From the NCBI GenBank assembly GCA_903839965.1, contig CAIMEK010000224.1, forward strand, positions 1-37,548: DNA of 37,548 nt. Direction: 5' to 3'. Source of the DNA: an uncultured Acetobacteraceae bacterium. GTDB lineage: Bacteria > Pseudomonadota > Alphaproteobacteria > Acetobacterales > Acetobacteraceae. Below the pieces are notes generated by a model. It saw only the letters and a program-made list of their open reading frames with translations. It was not told the DNA's origin and ran no database searches. Positions 1-9,626 of the stretch are shown here, piece by piece (within the stretch, counting starts at the first letter, position 1; the number at the start of each line of letters is the position of its first letter). The translations under genes were made by a program, and so were the position numbers.

Positions 1-207
1 CCCACCGCCAACCGCATCGTCAACCCGATCCTGCGCATGCTCGGCATCCCCCCCTACGCCCCCCGGCAACACCCGGTCCGCGCCGCACCCGCACCACGTC
101 CGGCACCCGCGCGACGCCCCGCGTTCCCGCCACCCCGCGAGGACGCCCCCCGTTCCTCGGGCTTCCCCTGGCACGTGCTCCTCGGGGTTCCCGAAAAACC
201 CGCCTGA
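1..207 (+). CDS. 3' end of a hypothetical protein with Pro/Arg-rich tail (5'-truncated by window)
   Basis: Frame 1 is open from base 1 to TGA at 205-207: PTANRIVNPILRMLGIPPYAPRQHP...GVPEKPA*. The first ~20 codons have high GC3. Not in the ORF track. Confidence 0.55.
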   Translation, partial: PTANRIVNPILRMLGIPPYAPRQHPVRAAPAPRPAPARRPAFPPPREDAPRSSGFPWHVLLGVPEKPA

Positions 208-208
208 C

Positions 209-260
209 CCGGCGCACGGCTTCGTGCGACGCCGGCGCACGGCTTCGCGTGACGCCGGCG
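209..260. repeat. 23-bp tandem repeat, 2.3 copies; first copy has an internal hairpin
   Basis: ccggcgcacggcttcgtgcgacg / ccggcgcacggcttcgcgtgacg / ccggcg. Copy 1 contains CGCACG-gctt-CGTGCG. Confidence 0.8.
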
Positions 261-282
261 TGCCCAATGGCGCCCTACTTGT

Positions 283-294
283 TACGATATCGTA
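283..294. promoter_or_regulatory. Perfect 12-bp palindrome TACGATATCGTA in an AT-rich patch; candidate protein-binding site
   Basis: Seen directly in the convergent intergenic region. Function unknown. Confidence 0.35.
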
Positions 295-335
295 TTTATC
301 AACCGGCGCAGCGGGACTGCATCAGATTTTGCCCC

Positions 336-971
336 CTAGGTGGCTGGCGCGCCCGGCGTCTCGTTTACGCACACCACCCGCCAGCCCTCGGGGTGGCGCT
401 CCAGCCGGGTGAGCGACAGGTTGTGCACGGACAAATGCAGCGCGTTGTCGGCGCCGACCCCCAACGCATGCGCCACCGCGGCGCGGATGGCGCCGCCATG
501 GCTCACCGCCACCACCTCGCCGCCGGCGTGCTCGTCGGCCAGCCGCTCCAGCGCCGCGCCGACCCGCACCAGCACCTCGGCCATGCTCTCGCCCCCCGGC
601 GGTCGCTCCTCGGCGGCCAGCGGCCAGAACGCGTGCGCGGGCCGGCACAGCTTCGCCGGCAAGGCGGCGTGCGGCAGGCCTTGCCACGCGCCCAGGTCCT
701 GCTCGATCAGCGCCGGTTCCACCCCCAGCGAAACCGGCGCGTAGCCGGCCGCGAAAATCGCCTCGGCGGTGCGCACGGTGCGCGACAGCGGGGTGACCAG
801 CCACTGCGCCGGGCGCGGCAGGCACCGCGCCAGCGCGCGGAACATCGGCGCCTCCGCCAGCAGGCTGTGCGGGCACAACGCGACGTCCATGATGCCGTAA
901 AGGTAGGTGCGGGCAATCTCCGCCACCATGGCGTGGCGGATCAGGGTGAAATGCGTCCCGGCCATCATCAT
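336..971 (-). CDS. Histidine phosphatase family protein (phosphoglycerate mutase/CobC-like)
   Basis: IRHA (RHG variant), TPLSRTVRTA, EQDLGAWQG, PPGGES and VSHGG motifs. ATG at 971 overlaps the permease stop (ATGA). Confidence 0.88.
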   Translation of the reverse strand: MMMAGTHFTLIRHAMVAEIARTYLYGIMDVALCPHSLLAEAPMFRALARCLPRPAQWLVTPLSRTVRTAEAIFAAGYAPVSLGVEPALIEQDLGAWQGLPHAALPAKLCRPAHAFWPLAAEERPPGGESMAEVLVRVGAALERLADEHAGGEVVAVSHGGAIRAAVAHALGVGADNALHLSVHNLSLTRLERHPEGWRVVCVNETPGAPAT

Positions 972-1767
972 TCGCCAATCGTAAGTAATGCGCCGCGCGT
1001 CCGCGCCGCCCGAAACTCCAGCATGAACAGCACCGCGGCCGCGCCCAGCCAGGCCACGTTCAGCCCGGTCGCCCAGGCCATGTGGCCCCAGGCGATGCTG
1101 CCCTCGCCGAGCAGCGTGCGCAGGCCCTCGAACACATGCGCCGAGGGCAGCGCCAGCGCCACCGGCTGCAGCACGGCGGGCAGCACGGAAACCGGGTAGT
1201 ACACGGCGGAAAACGGCGTCAGCGCGAACAGCACCGACCACGCCAGCGCCTCCGCCCCGGCGCCGTGGCGCAGCACCAGGCTGACCACGCCGAGCGACAC
1301 CCACCAGCCCATCGCCATCAGGTTGATCGCGAACAGAATCAGCACCGGGCCGAGCGCGAACAGGTTGTAGGCGTACAGCGCCCAGGCCAGCAGCACCGCC
1401 GGCAGCACGCCGGCCAGCATGCGCACCACCGACATGGCGATCAGCGCCGCCACCATCTCCCACGGCCGCAACGGGCTGACGAACACATGCGCCAGGTTGC
1501 GCGACCAGACCTCCTCGAGGAACGAGATCGCCACCCCCATCTGGCTGCGCAGCGCGATTTCCCACAGCAGCACGCCGCCCAGCAGCATGCCGAAGGCGAC
1601 CGCCCCGGCGCTGCCCAGCCGCGCGCCGAAGAAGCTGGCGGTAAAACCCCAGATGCACATCTGCAGGGTCGGCCAATAAGCCAGTTCGAGCAGGCGCGGC
1701 CAGGACCGCCGGTACAGCGCCAGGTGGCGGTACATCAGCCCCCAGATGCGGCGCAGCACGGGCCGGA

Positions 1768-1771
<4 letters not shown>
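968..1771 (-). CDS. ABC-2 type exporter permease
   Basis: About six hydrophobic segments; EEVWSRNL...SPL and FSAVYYPVSVLP motifs; ATGA coupling to the ATPase. Confidence 0.9.
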
Positions 1772-2508
<737 letters not shown>

Positions 2509-2578
2509 GCACGCGAATTAGGCCGCGCGGCCGACCACGCCAAGAGCCGGAATGGCGGCGCTGCCGTGCTCGGACGCA

Positions 2579-3829
2579 CTACGGATTGGCTTGCATGGGC
2601 AGGTCGTCGGTTCCCAGCGGGTTGCGCGGCCCGGTGCGCGGGCGCCGCGACGGCGACGTGTCCAGGTGGGCCGGCACCACGGCACGGCCGCGGAACAGGG
2701 TGATGCCCTGCGCCGTCCCCCAGGTCAGCGCGGCCTCGGTATCGGCCCGGCTCAGCACGGTGTGCGCGGCATCCGGCAGCGTGCCCGCGCGGTCGAGATG
2801 CGCCAGTTCGGGCGACCAGGGGAGCTGCAGCATGTCCAGCCCGATGCGCGGCAGCGGGAAGGCGTCCACCAGTTCCGCCGTGACCCCGCGCAGCAGCAGG
2901 CGGTAGCCCCTGCCGTGGGCGAAGTCGCGGGCGAACATGAAGGCGGCGAGGTCGCACATCACGTCGGCCGCCTGCAGCTCGATCACCACCCGGCCGCGCA
3001 GGCCCGCCGGCAGGGCGGCATCGAAACGCAGGAACTCGGGCCCGAGTACCGAGGCGACGTTCAGGTTGAGGCCGAACGGGCCGGCGTCGGCCAGTTCTTC
3101 CGGCGCGCTGAGCAGCGCCAGCATGCGGCGGTCGAGCGTGCGGGTCAGCCGCCGGAACAGCCATGCATCGGTGCGCACCTCGCGCTCAGGCGACAGCGTC
3201 GCGGCGATTTCGGCCACCGACAGGCTGCGCTTTTCCCAGCGCAGGCGGAATTCGCCGTCCGGCAGGCGTTCGCAGATCCGGTGGCGGCGGATGAAGTGCG
3301 CCACGTCGGCCTGCGCCAGCGCCGCCTCCAGCGCGGTCAGCGTCGGCGGATTGAGCGGCCCGGTCGGCAGCGGCGCCACCGGAGCCGCCGGGGCCTGGGA
3401 TTCGCGCGGCACCGGCGACCCCGCCGCCAGCAGCAACACGTTGGCCTGTGCGGGCAGGTCGAGCACGACCACCAGGTTCTCCGGGTCGGGCAACTGGTCG
3501 TCCTCGTCGGCGAACAGGCGCAGCAGGGCGCCGACGCTGGCATTGAGGGCGGCCCGCGCCTCGCCGCGCCAGACCATGGCGAGGTCGCCGTTGGGCAGGC
3601 GGAACCGCCGCGCGCGGTCGGCGAAGGACAGCGGGTCGAGCGCGGCGCGCGCCAGCCGCAGGTGGTGCGGCCGGGTCTGCGCCTCGGGCAGGCGCGACAG
3701 CCGCACCAGCAGCGCCCGGCGGGCGATGCCGGCGGTGACACACTCGCGCACCAGGGCCCGCAGACGCTCGGCGTCGGCACGCAGTTCCTCGTCGTCTGCC
3801 GGCGGCAGCCAGGGGGCGAGAGCGCTCAT
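2579..3829 (-). CDS. Degenerate EAL-like protein, paralogue B (416 aa)
   Basis: ATG at 3829 overlaps the upstream stop. EAL-fold remnants: LNLNV, VIELQ, LLLRG, GITLFRG. Shares LSRL..RPHH..NGDL and LFR.LT..LDRRML with its neighbour. Confidence 0.75.
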   Translation of the reverse strand: MSALAPWLPPADDEELRADAERLRALVRECVTAGIARRALLVRLSRLPEAQTRPHHLRLARAALDPLSFADRARRFRLPNGDLAMVWRGEARAALNASVGALLRLFADEDDQLPDPENLVVVLDLPAQANVLLLAAGSPVPRESQAPAAPVAPLPTGPLNPPTLTALEAALAQADVAHFIRRHRICERLPDGEFRLRWEKRSLSVAEIAATLSPEREVRTDAWLFRRLTRTLDRRMLALLSAPEELADAGPFGLNLNVASVLGPEFLRFDAALPAGLRGRVVIELQAADVMCDLAAFMFARDFAHGRGYRLLLRGVTAELVDAFPLPRIGLDMLQLPWSPELAHLDRAGTLPDAAHTVLSRADTEAALTWGTAQGITLFRGRAVVPAHLDTSPSRRPRTGPRNPLGTDDLPMQANP

Positions 3830-5271
3830 GCCCTGCTCCCGCCGACCGGCACCATGGGGGCATCGCAGCCCGTCCGGCCGCCCGGCCCGACCACGGCCGT
3901 GCGCTCGATGCACTGGCGCAGCGTGCAGCCGGCGGAGCGCGGACAGCCCAGGCTGCGGCCGGCCGCCAACACGGCGTCCACGTGGTTGCCCTGGAAACGG
4001 CGGATGCCGTGGGCGAGGCCCCAGCGCAGCGCCGCCTCGCTCTCGGCACGGTGCAGCACGACGCGGTCCGGTCCCAGCCGCTCCAGCGCGACCAGCACCT
4101 GCAGGCGTTCCTGCATGGGCAGGTCGGGCATGACGGGCGACCAGTCGAGCTTGACCAGGGCCGCCCGAAAGACCCCCGGACGCACCAGCAAGAGCGCCAG
4201 GTGCGAGACGCCGTCGAGCACCAGCGTCATGCCGGCATCGGCCACGGCACGGCGCGCGCCGGCGAAGGCCTGCGGGTCGGCACAGGCCTCGACCAGCGGC
4301 ACCTCGATGCCGACCGCAGCACCGACGCTGCGGCTGACCCGAGCGAACCGGGCGAAACCGTCGGACAGGATGGCGGGCAAACCCAGGTTCAGGTGCCAGG
4401 ACAGGCTGCCGCGTCCGGCGCCGGCGATGTCGAGCGCGCCGCCGGTGCCGGCGACGTCGGCCAGCAGCGCCAGCATGCGCCGGTCCAGGCGAAGGGTCAG
4501 GTAGCGGAACAGGAACGGATCGGCCACCGCCTTGCCGGGTGCGCCGGCGCGTGCCTCCAGCGCGGCGATCGAAAAGCCGACCTCGCGGTAGAGCGGCAGC
4601 AGCGGCGGACCGCCCGGGCCGCTGGTCGGGTTGGGCTGCGGCACCAGAACGCCGACCTGGCGCTGCACGAGGCCGGCGATGACGGGGCTTTCGGCGACCG
4701 CGGCGATCGCGTCCACCTCGGCGATCTGCCCGGCCAGCCCGGGGCCGAGCGGAGACGGCTCTTCCTCCGGAGCGGATTCGGACATGCGCGCCGTGGCGTA
4801 GGCGGTCAGCGCCGCAAGCTCGTGCTGCAACGGCCACACCGTGGTGACCCGGGCCGGATCGGGCAGCTCGGCGTGCAGCAAGGCCGCCATCGTGTCCGGC
4901 AGCGCGGTCGGGTCGGGCGAGGCCAGGGCCGGTTGGCGACGGGCGGATGGCGGCCGGGCCTGGTCCGCCACGCGGCAGAGCAGCACCAGGTCGCCGTTGC
5001 CGAGCGCGAACACCTGGCCCTCGTGGCGCTGCGCGGTGTCATCGAGGATGGCGCGGGCGACGCGGCGGTGGTGCGGCCGCGGGCCGACCCGGGTCAGCCG
5101 CGAAAGGTGCAGCACCAGCGCCATGCGCCCTTCCGGGGAACGGCCGGCGCGACGCACCGCCTCCAGCAGCAGGCGCTCGGGCCAGCGGCCGACCTCCAGG
5201 GGCGTGTTGGGCACGCCGACGCCCGCCTGGGTGCCGACCGGCCCGTCCAGCACAGCCTGACGCTGCAGCAT
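3826..5271 (-). CDS. Degenerate EAL-like protein, paralogue A, with C-terminal 4-Cys motif (481 aa)
   Basis: AAGGA RBS upstream of ATG 5271. EAL-like elements HLNL, IEVP, LVLDG, LVKLDW, GIRRFQG. Tail C-x5-C-x4-C-x14-C. Confidence 0.75.
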   Translation of the reverse strand: MLQRQAVLDGPVGTQAGVGVPNTPLEVGRWPERLLLEAVRRAGRSPEGRMALVLHLSRLTRVGPRPHHRRVARAILDDTAQRHEGQVFALGNGDLVLLCRVADQARPPSARRQPALASPDPTALPDTMAALLHAELPDPARVTTVWPLQHELAALTAYATARMSESAPEEEPSPLGPGLAGQIAEVDAIAAVAESPVIAGLVQRQVGVLVPQPNPTSGPGGPPLLPLYREVGFSIAALEARAGAPGKAVADPFLFRYLTLRLDRRMLALLADVAGTGGALDIAGAGRGSLSWHLNLGLPAILSDGFARFARVSRSVGAAVGIEVPLVEACADPQAFAGARRAVADAGMTLVLDGVSHLALLLVRPGVFRAALVKLDWSPVMPDLPMQERLQVLVALERLGPDRVVLHRAESEAALRWGLAHGIRRFQGNHVDAVLAAGRSLGCPRSAGCTLRQCIERTAVVGPGGRTGCDAPMVPVGGSRA

Positions 5272-5364
5272 CGCCTGCCCATTCCTTTCGTGCGGCCCCC
5301 GGCGGCCCGCAAGCACGCCACATTGCTTCGAAAAGTGCCGCTCGCTGCGCTACACTGCCGCGCC

Positions 5365-6084
5365 ATGATTACCCCCTCGTTAGCGCCGGCCTCGCTGCCG
5401 GATGGGTTGCGCGTGTACGCCGTCGGCGACGTGCACGGCTGCTCGGATCGGCTGCGCGCCCTGCACCGCGACATCGCACGCGACCTGGCCGCGCGGCCGG
5501 TGGCCGACGCGCTGATCGTGCACCTGGGCGATTACGTGGACCGCGGGCCGGATAGCGCCGGCACCGTCGAGATGCTGCTGACGCCGTTTCCGCATGTCGG
5601 CGGCTGCGCCCCGCGGGTGGTGAACCTGATGGGCAACCATGAGGAAATGATGTTGACGGCGCTGGCGAAACCCGACGCCGCGCCGCACTGGCTGGCCAAC
5701 GGCGGCGACAGCTCGCTGGACAGCTGGGGCGTGGCGCTGCGGTCGCGCGCGCGCGACTGGGAGGCGGGCGTGCCGCCGCGCCACCTGGCGTTCCTGCGCG
5801 GCCTGCCGCTGATGCATGCCGCCGGCGGCTACCTGTTCGTGCATGCGGGGCTGCGCCCGAACACGCCGCTGGTGCGGCAGTCGCGGCTGGACATGCTGTG
5901 GATTCGCGAGCCGTTCCTGTCGTTCGACGGCAGCTTCCCCGGCGTGGTGGTGCACGGCCACACGCCGTCGCGCGAACCGGCGGTGCGGCGCAACCGCATC
6001 GGCATCGACACCGGCGCCTACATGGGCGGCGTGCTGACCTGCCTGGTGCTGGAAGGCGACCGGATGGCCTTCATGTTCTGCTGA
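5365..6084 (+). CDS. Metallophosphoesterase (PrpA/ApaH-like Ser/Thr protein phosphatase family)
   Basis: GDVHG, LGDYVDRGPDS, GNHE, FVHAG, VHGHT and IDTG motifs. Confidence 0.93.
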   Translation: MITPSLAPASLPDGLRVYAVGDVHGCSDRLRALHRDIARDLAARPVADALIVHLGDYVDRGPDSAGTVEMLLTPFPHVGGCAPRVVNLMGNHEEMMLTALAKPDAAPHWLANGGDSSLDSWGVALRSRARDWEAGVPPRHLAFLRGLPLMHAAGGYLFVHAGLRPNTPLVRQSRLDMLWIREPFLSFDGSFPGVVVHGHTPSREPAVRRNRIGIDTGAYMGGVLTCLVLEGDRMAFMFC

Positions 6085-6155
6085 GCCGGGAACTCGTTGC
6101 CCTGGCCGTGATTGTTCGCCTTGCTATCGCTTGGCCGGCGGGTTAGGGCATCGAC

Positions 6156-7631
6156 ATGCAAGCCGACGAGGCGCCCGGGGACCGGGCCGACATGTGCCAG
6201 CCGGCCATCGACCTCGAGGGCGCGGTGCACCGGCTGTCGCGCACCAGCGTGTTGGTGGTCGGCGACGTGATGCTGGACCGCACCGTCTACGGCGACATCG
6301 AACGGATCAGCCGGGAAGCGCCGGTGCCGATCCTGAAGGTGCATCGCGAGACCGCGCAGCCCGGCGGGGCGGGCAACGTCATGCGCAACCTGGGCGCACT
6401 GGGCAGCGCGGTGGCCTTCGTGTCGGTGGTGGGCGACGACGCCGCCGGCTCGGAACTCACCGGGCTGGTGGGCGGGCACCCCGGGGTGGAGCCCTGGCTG
6501 CTCGTGCAGGGCGGGCGGTGCACGACAGAGAAAACCCGCTTCGTCGCGCTCGGCGACCACCACGGCCACCCGCTGCTGCGCACCGACCGCGAAGATGCCG
6601 GGGCGATCCAGCCCGGGCTGGCGAACCGGCTGGTGCGGATCGCCTGCGACGCCATGGCGGCGACCAGCGTGACGGTGCTGTCGGACTACCGCAAGGGCGT
6701 GCTTGCCGGCGATGTTCCGGCGCAACTGATCGGCGCGGCGCGGCGGCTGGGACGGCCGATCGTGGCCGACCTGCGCGGGCACGACTATGCACGCTACGCC
6801 GGCGTGGACGTGCTGCTGACCACGCGGCGCGAATTCGCCCGCAGTTGCGCGATCGCGCCCGACACCGATGCGACCTTCGTGGCGGCGGCGCAGCAGATGC
6901 GCCTGCGGCACGATATCGGCACGGTGCTGCTGACCAGCCCGATCTCCGGCATCACGCTGGTGCACGACGGCGCGCCGCGGCATTTCCCGATGGACACGCC
7001 GGACATGATGGACCTCGCCGGTGCCGGCGACAGCGCGGTGGCGGTGGTGGCGGCCAGCCTGGCGGCCGGGCTCGACCTGCCGGCGGCGGCGCAGTTGGCG
7101 ACGCTGGCGGCCGCGATCGTGCTGGGGCGCACCGGCTCGACGGTGGTGCGGCCGGGCGACCTGCTGGCCGCGCTGTCGCCGCAGGCCGGGGCGTTGAACA
7201 AGATCGTGCCGCGCGAGCAGATTCCCGAACGGGCCGAGCGCTGGCGCCGGCGCGGCTGGAAAGCGGGGCTGGTGCAAGGCCACTTCGACCCGTTGAAGAG
7301 CCAGGACATCCAGTTGCTGGAACAGGCACGGGCCGCCTGCGACCGGTTGGTGGTGGGGCTGCACGACGACGCCTCGATGCAGCGCCACCGCCGCCGTGGC
7401 GCGCAGCCCGGGCAGTCCGAGGCGGTGCGCGCGGCCCGGTTGGCCGACTTGGCCTGCGTCGACCTGGTGGTCATCATCGGCGAACACGACGGCGCCGACC
7501 TGATCGGAACGCTGCGGCCCGACGTGCTGGCCGGCACGCCTTGCGCGGCCGAGGCAGAGAAGGTGCGCGGCTATGGCGGGCGGGTGCTGGCGGCGAAGCG
7601 GTTGGAAGCACCCTCGGACGCCGTGGGCTAA
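6156..7631 (+). CDS. HldE/RfaE-like bifunctional PfkB kinase plus nucleotidyltransferase-like domain (divergent)
   Basis: VVGDVMLD, RISREAPVP, PGGAGNV, LSDYRKG and GAGD in the kinase domain. C-terminal GHFD..., CDRLVVGLHDDAS, RPDVL. Confidence 0.8.
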   Translation: MQADEAPGDRADMCQPAIDLEGAVHRLSRTSVLVVGDVMLDRTVYGDIERISREAPVPILKVHRETAQPGGAGNVMRNLGALGSAVAFVSVVGDDAAGSELTGLVGGHPGVEPWLLVQGGRCTTEKTRFVALGDHHGHPLLRTDREDAGAIQPGLANRLVRIACDAMAATSVTVLSDYRKGVLAGDVPAQLIGAARRLGRPIVADLRGHDYARYAGVDVLLTTRREFARSCAIAPDTDATFVAAAQQMRLRHDIGTVLLTSPISGITLVHDGAPRHFPMDTPDMMDLAGAGDSAVAVVAASLAAGLDLPAAAQLATLAAAIVLGRTGSTVVRPGDLLAALSPQAGALNKIVPREQIPERAERWRRRGWKAGLVQGHFDPLKSQDIQLLEQARAACDRLVVGLHDDASMQRHRRRGAQPGQSEAVRAARLADLACVDLVVIIGEHDGADLIGTLRPDVLAGTPCAAEAEKVRGYGGRVLAAKRLEAPSDAVG

Positions 7632-7741
7632 GCCGGGACAGGGATGGCGTGGCGGCTGCGCGCCAGCGAAACCAAAGACTCCGTTGCGCTGAAAGAGCGA
7701 CCAGAAACCGCTTCTTTCCCCCCTCAGAGCCCCTGCCTTGC

Positions 7742-8698
7742 TTACGCGATCGCTTCGCGGCCCATCTCCAGGTACTTCTCCCACCGGCGCGCCCTGAGCA
7801 CGGCCGCATCGACATCGAGCAGCGGCGCCAACGCGGCCTGCACGGCCTCGCCGACCGCCGCGATGGCGGCCTCCGGGTCGCGGTGGGCGCCGCCCAGCGG
7901 TTCGGGCACTACGGTGTCGATCAATTTCAGGCGCTTGAGGTCTTCGGCGGTCAGTTTCAGGGCCTCGGCGGCGGTGGCGGCCTGGGCGGCGTCCTTCCAC
8001 AGGATCGCGGCGCAACCCTCCGGCGAGATCACCGAGTAGACGGCATGTTCCATCATCAGCACCGCGTCGCCGGCGGCCAGCGCGATGGCGCCTCCGGAGC
8101 CGCCTTCGCCGACGATGGTCGCCACCACGGGCACCGGGGCGTCCAGGCAGGCCTCGATGGAGCGGGCGATCGCCTCGGCCTGGCCGCGCGCCTCGGCCTC
8201 GACGCCGGGAAAGGCGCCGGAGGTGTCCACGAAGGTCAGCACGGGCAGGCCGAAGCGACCGGCCAGCTCGATCAGGCGGCGGGCCTTGCGGTAGCCCTCC
8301 GGTCGGGCCATGCCGAAATTATGGGCGACCCGGCTCTCGGTATCGACGCCCTTCTCGGTGCCCAGCACCATCACCGACCGGCCGCGAAACCGGCCCAGCC
8401 CGCTCAGGATGGCGGCGTCGTCGGCGAAGGCGCGGTCGCCGGCGAGCGGGGTCCAGTCGGTGATCAGGTGGCGGATGAAATCGTTCGCCTTCGGCCGTTC
8501 CGGGTGGCGGGCGACCTGGGTTTTCTGCCAGGCGGTCAGCTTGGCGTAGGTGGCGCGCAGCTGGCGGTCGGCCTTTTCGGTCAGCTTGGCGACCTCATCG
8601 GCGATGTTGAGGCCCTCGGCCTCCGGCATCTTGCGGAGCTCGTCGATTTTGCTCTCGAGCTCGGCGATGGGTTTTTCGAAATCCAGGAAATAGCGCAT
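7742..8698 (-). CDS. accA: Acetyl-CoA carboxylase carboxyltransferase alpha subunit
   Basis: LDFEKPI, ARHPERP, NFGMARPEGYRKA, GEGGSGGA, YSVISPEGCAAILW. Confidence 0.97.
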   Translation of the reverse strand: MRYFLDFEKPIAELESKIDELRKMPEAEGLNIADEVAKLTEKADRQLRATYAKLTAWQKTQVARHPERPKANDFIRHLITDWTPLAGDRAFADDAAILSGLGRFRGRSVMVLGTEKGVDTESRVAHNFGMARPEGYRKARRLIELAGRFGLPVLTFVDTSGAFPGVEAEARGQAEAIARSIEACLDAPVPVVATIVGEGGSGGAIALAAGDAVLMMEHAVYSVISPEGCAAILWKDAAQAATAAEALKLTAEDLKRLKLIDTVVPEPLGGAHRDPEAAIAAVGEAVQAALAPLLDVDAAVLRARRWEKYLEMGREAIA

Positions 8699-8731
8699 GG
8701 CGTGATGATCTAGCACTCGCAGCGAACGCGG

Positions 8732-9622
8732 TCAGCCCCCGCTTGCGCGGGCCACGGCGAGCGGGTGGTGGGCCTCCACCAGGCGTTGCAGGCGTTCGGC
8801 CAGCACGTGGGTGTAGATCTGGGTCGTCGCGATGTCGGCATGGCCGAGCAGGAGCTGCAGGCTGCGCAGGTCGGCGCCGCGGGCCAGCATGTGGCTGGCG
8901 AAGGAGTGCCGCAGCACGTGCGGCGAGACCCGCGCGGGGTCGATGCCGGCCTCCAAGGCCACCAGCTTCAGGCCCTGGGCGAAGCCCTGGCGGGTCAGCG
9001 GGCGGCGGGGATCGCGGCCGGGGAACAGCCAGCGGCCCTTGCGGCCCGCCGTCAACGCCGCCGCCGCGTCGCGCGCCGCGTCCGACAACGGCACCAGCCG
9101 TTCCTTGCCGCCCTTGCCCCGTACCATGAGCACCGCGGCGTCGCCGGCCAGCGCGGCGCGCGGCAGCGAAAGCAGCTCAGATATGCGCAGACCGGTGGCG
9201 TAGAGGATTTCCAGCGCCGCCACCATCACCTCCGCGAGCCCTGCTGGCCGCCCCGCCGCGGCGGCCAGCAGCGCGTCGACCTCCTGTTCGGAGAGGTATT
9301 TGGGCAGCCCGCGCGGCAGTTTCGGCGCATCGAGGAGCTCGGTGGGATCATCGCTCCGCACGCCCTCGCGCAGCAGGAAGCGGTGGAACCGTCGCAGGGC
9401 CGAGAGCCGCCGCGCCGCCGTGCGGGCCGAGCGGCCGGCAGCGGAGAGCGATGCCAGGTAGGCGCGCAGCGTTGCCACGCGCGCCTGCGCCGGCGCCTCG
9501 CCGCGGCGGGCGGCAAAACCGGCAAAATCCTCCAGGTCCGAGCGGTAGGCGGCCAGCGTATTGGCGGCGGCATTGCGCTCGGCCAGCAACATTTCCAGGA
9601 ACGCCTCCAGGTGGCGATCCAA
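8732..9622 (-). CDS. xerD: Tyrosine recombinase XerD
   Basis: LYATGLRISEL, GKGGKERLVP, SPHVLRHSFASH, LGHADIATTQIYT. Typical aroK/xerD/accA synteny. TTG start at 9622 is inferred. Confidence 0.92.
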   Translation of the reverse strand: MDRHLEAFLEMLLAERNAAANTLAAYRSDLEDFAGFAARRGEAPAQARVATLRAYLASLSAAGRSARTAARRLSALRRFHRFLLREGVRSDDPTELLDAPKLPRGLPKYLSEQEVDALLAAAAGRPAGLAEVMVAALEILYATGLRISELLSLPRAALAGDAAVLMVRGKGGKERLVPLSDAARDAAAALTAGRKGRWLFPGRDPRRPLTRQGFAQGLKLVALEAGIDPARVSPHVLRHSFASHMLARGADLRSLQLLLGHADIATTQIYTHVLAERLQRLVEAHHPLAVARASGG

Positions 9623-9626
9623 CGGG

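Noticed and set aside
209-260. Tandem repeats here and at 23687-23734 as CRISPR remnants
   Set aside because: The units are directly adjacent with no spacers, there are only about two copies, and no cas genes are present.
274-306. AT-rich site as a dif/Xer recombination site, given xerD in the window
   Set aside because: The best alignment matches only about 5/11 positions of the XerD arm TTATGTTAAAT, and dif is not normally linked to xerD.
3982-5364. Long N-terminal extensions in the ORF track (phosphoesterase, hpnC/D/E, gcrA, dnaQ, hemA and others) as fusions
   Set aside because: The extensions overlap neighbouring genes. Downstream starts with RBS or ATGA/GTGA coupling match the family N-termini.
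7632-7741. 110-bp convergent gap as an sRNA
   Set aside because: I could not identify a promoter, stable stem or terminator.
8732-9622. Tyrosine recombinase as a prophage or island integrase
   Set aside because: The sequence and the aroK-xerD-accA context fit housekeeping XerD. No att sites or cargo genes are evident.
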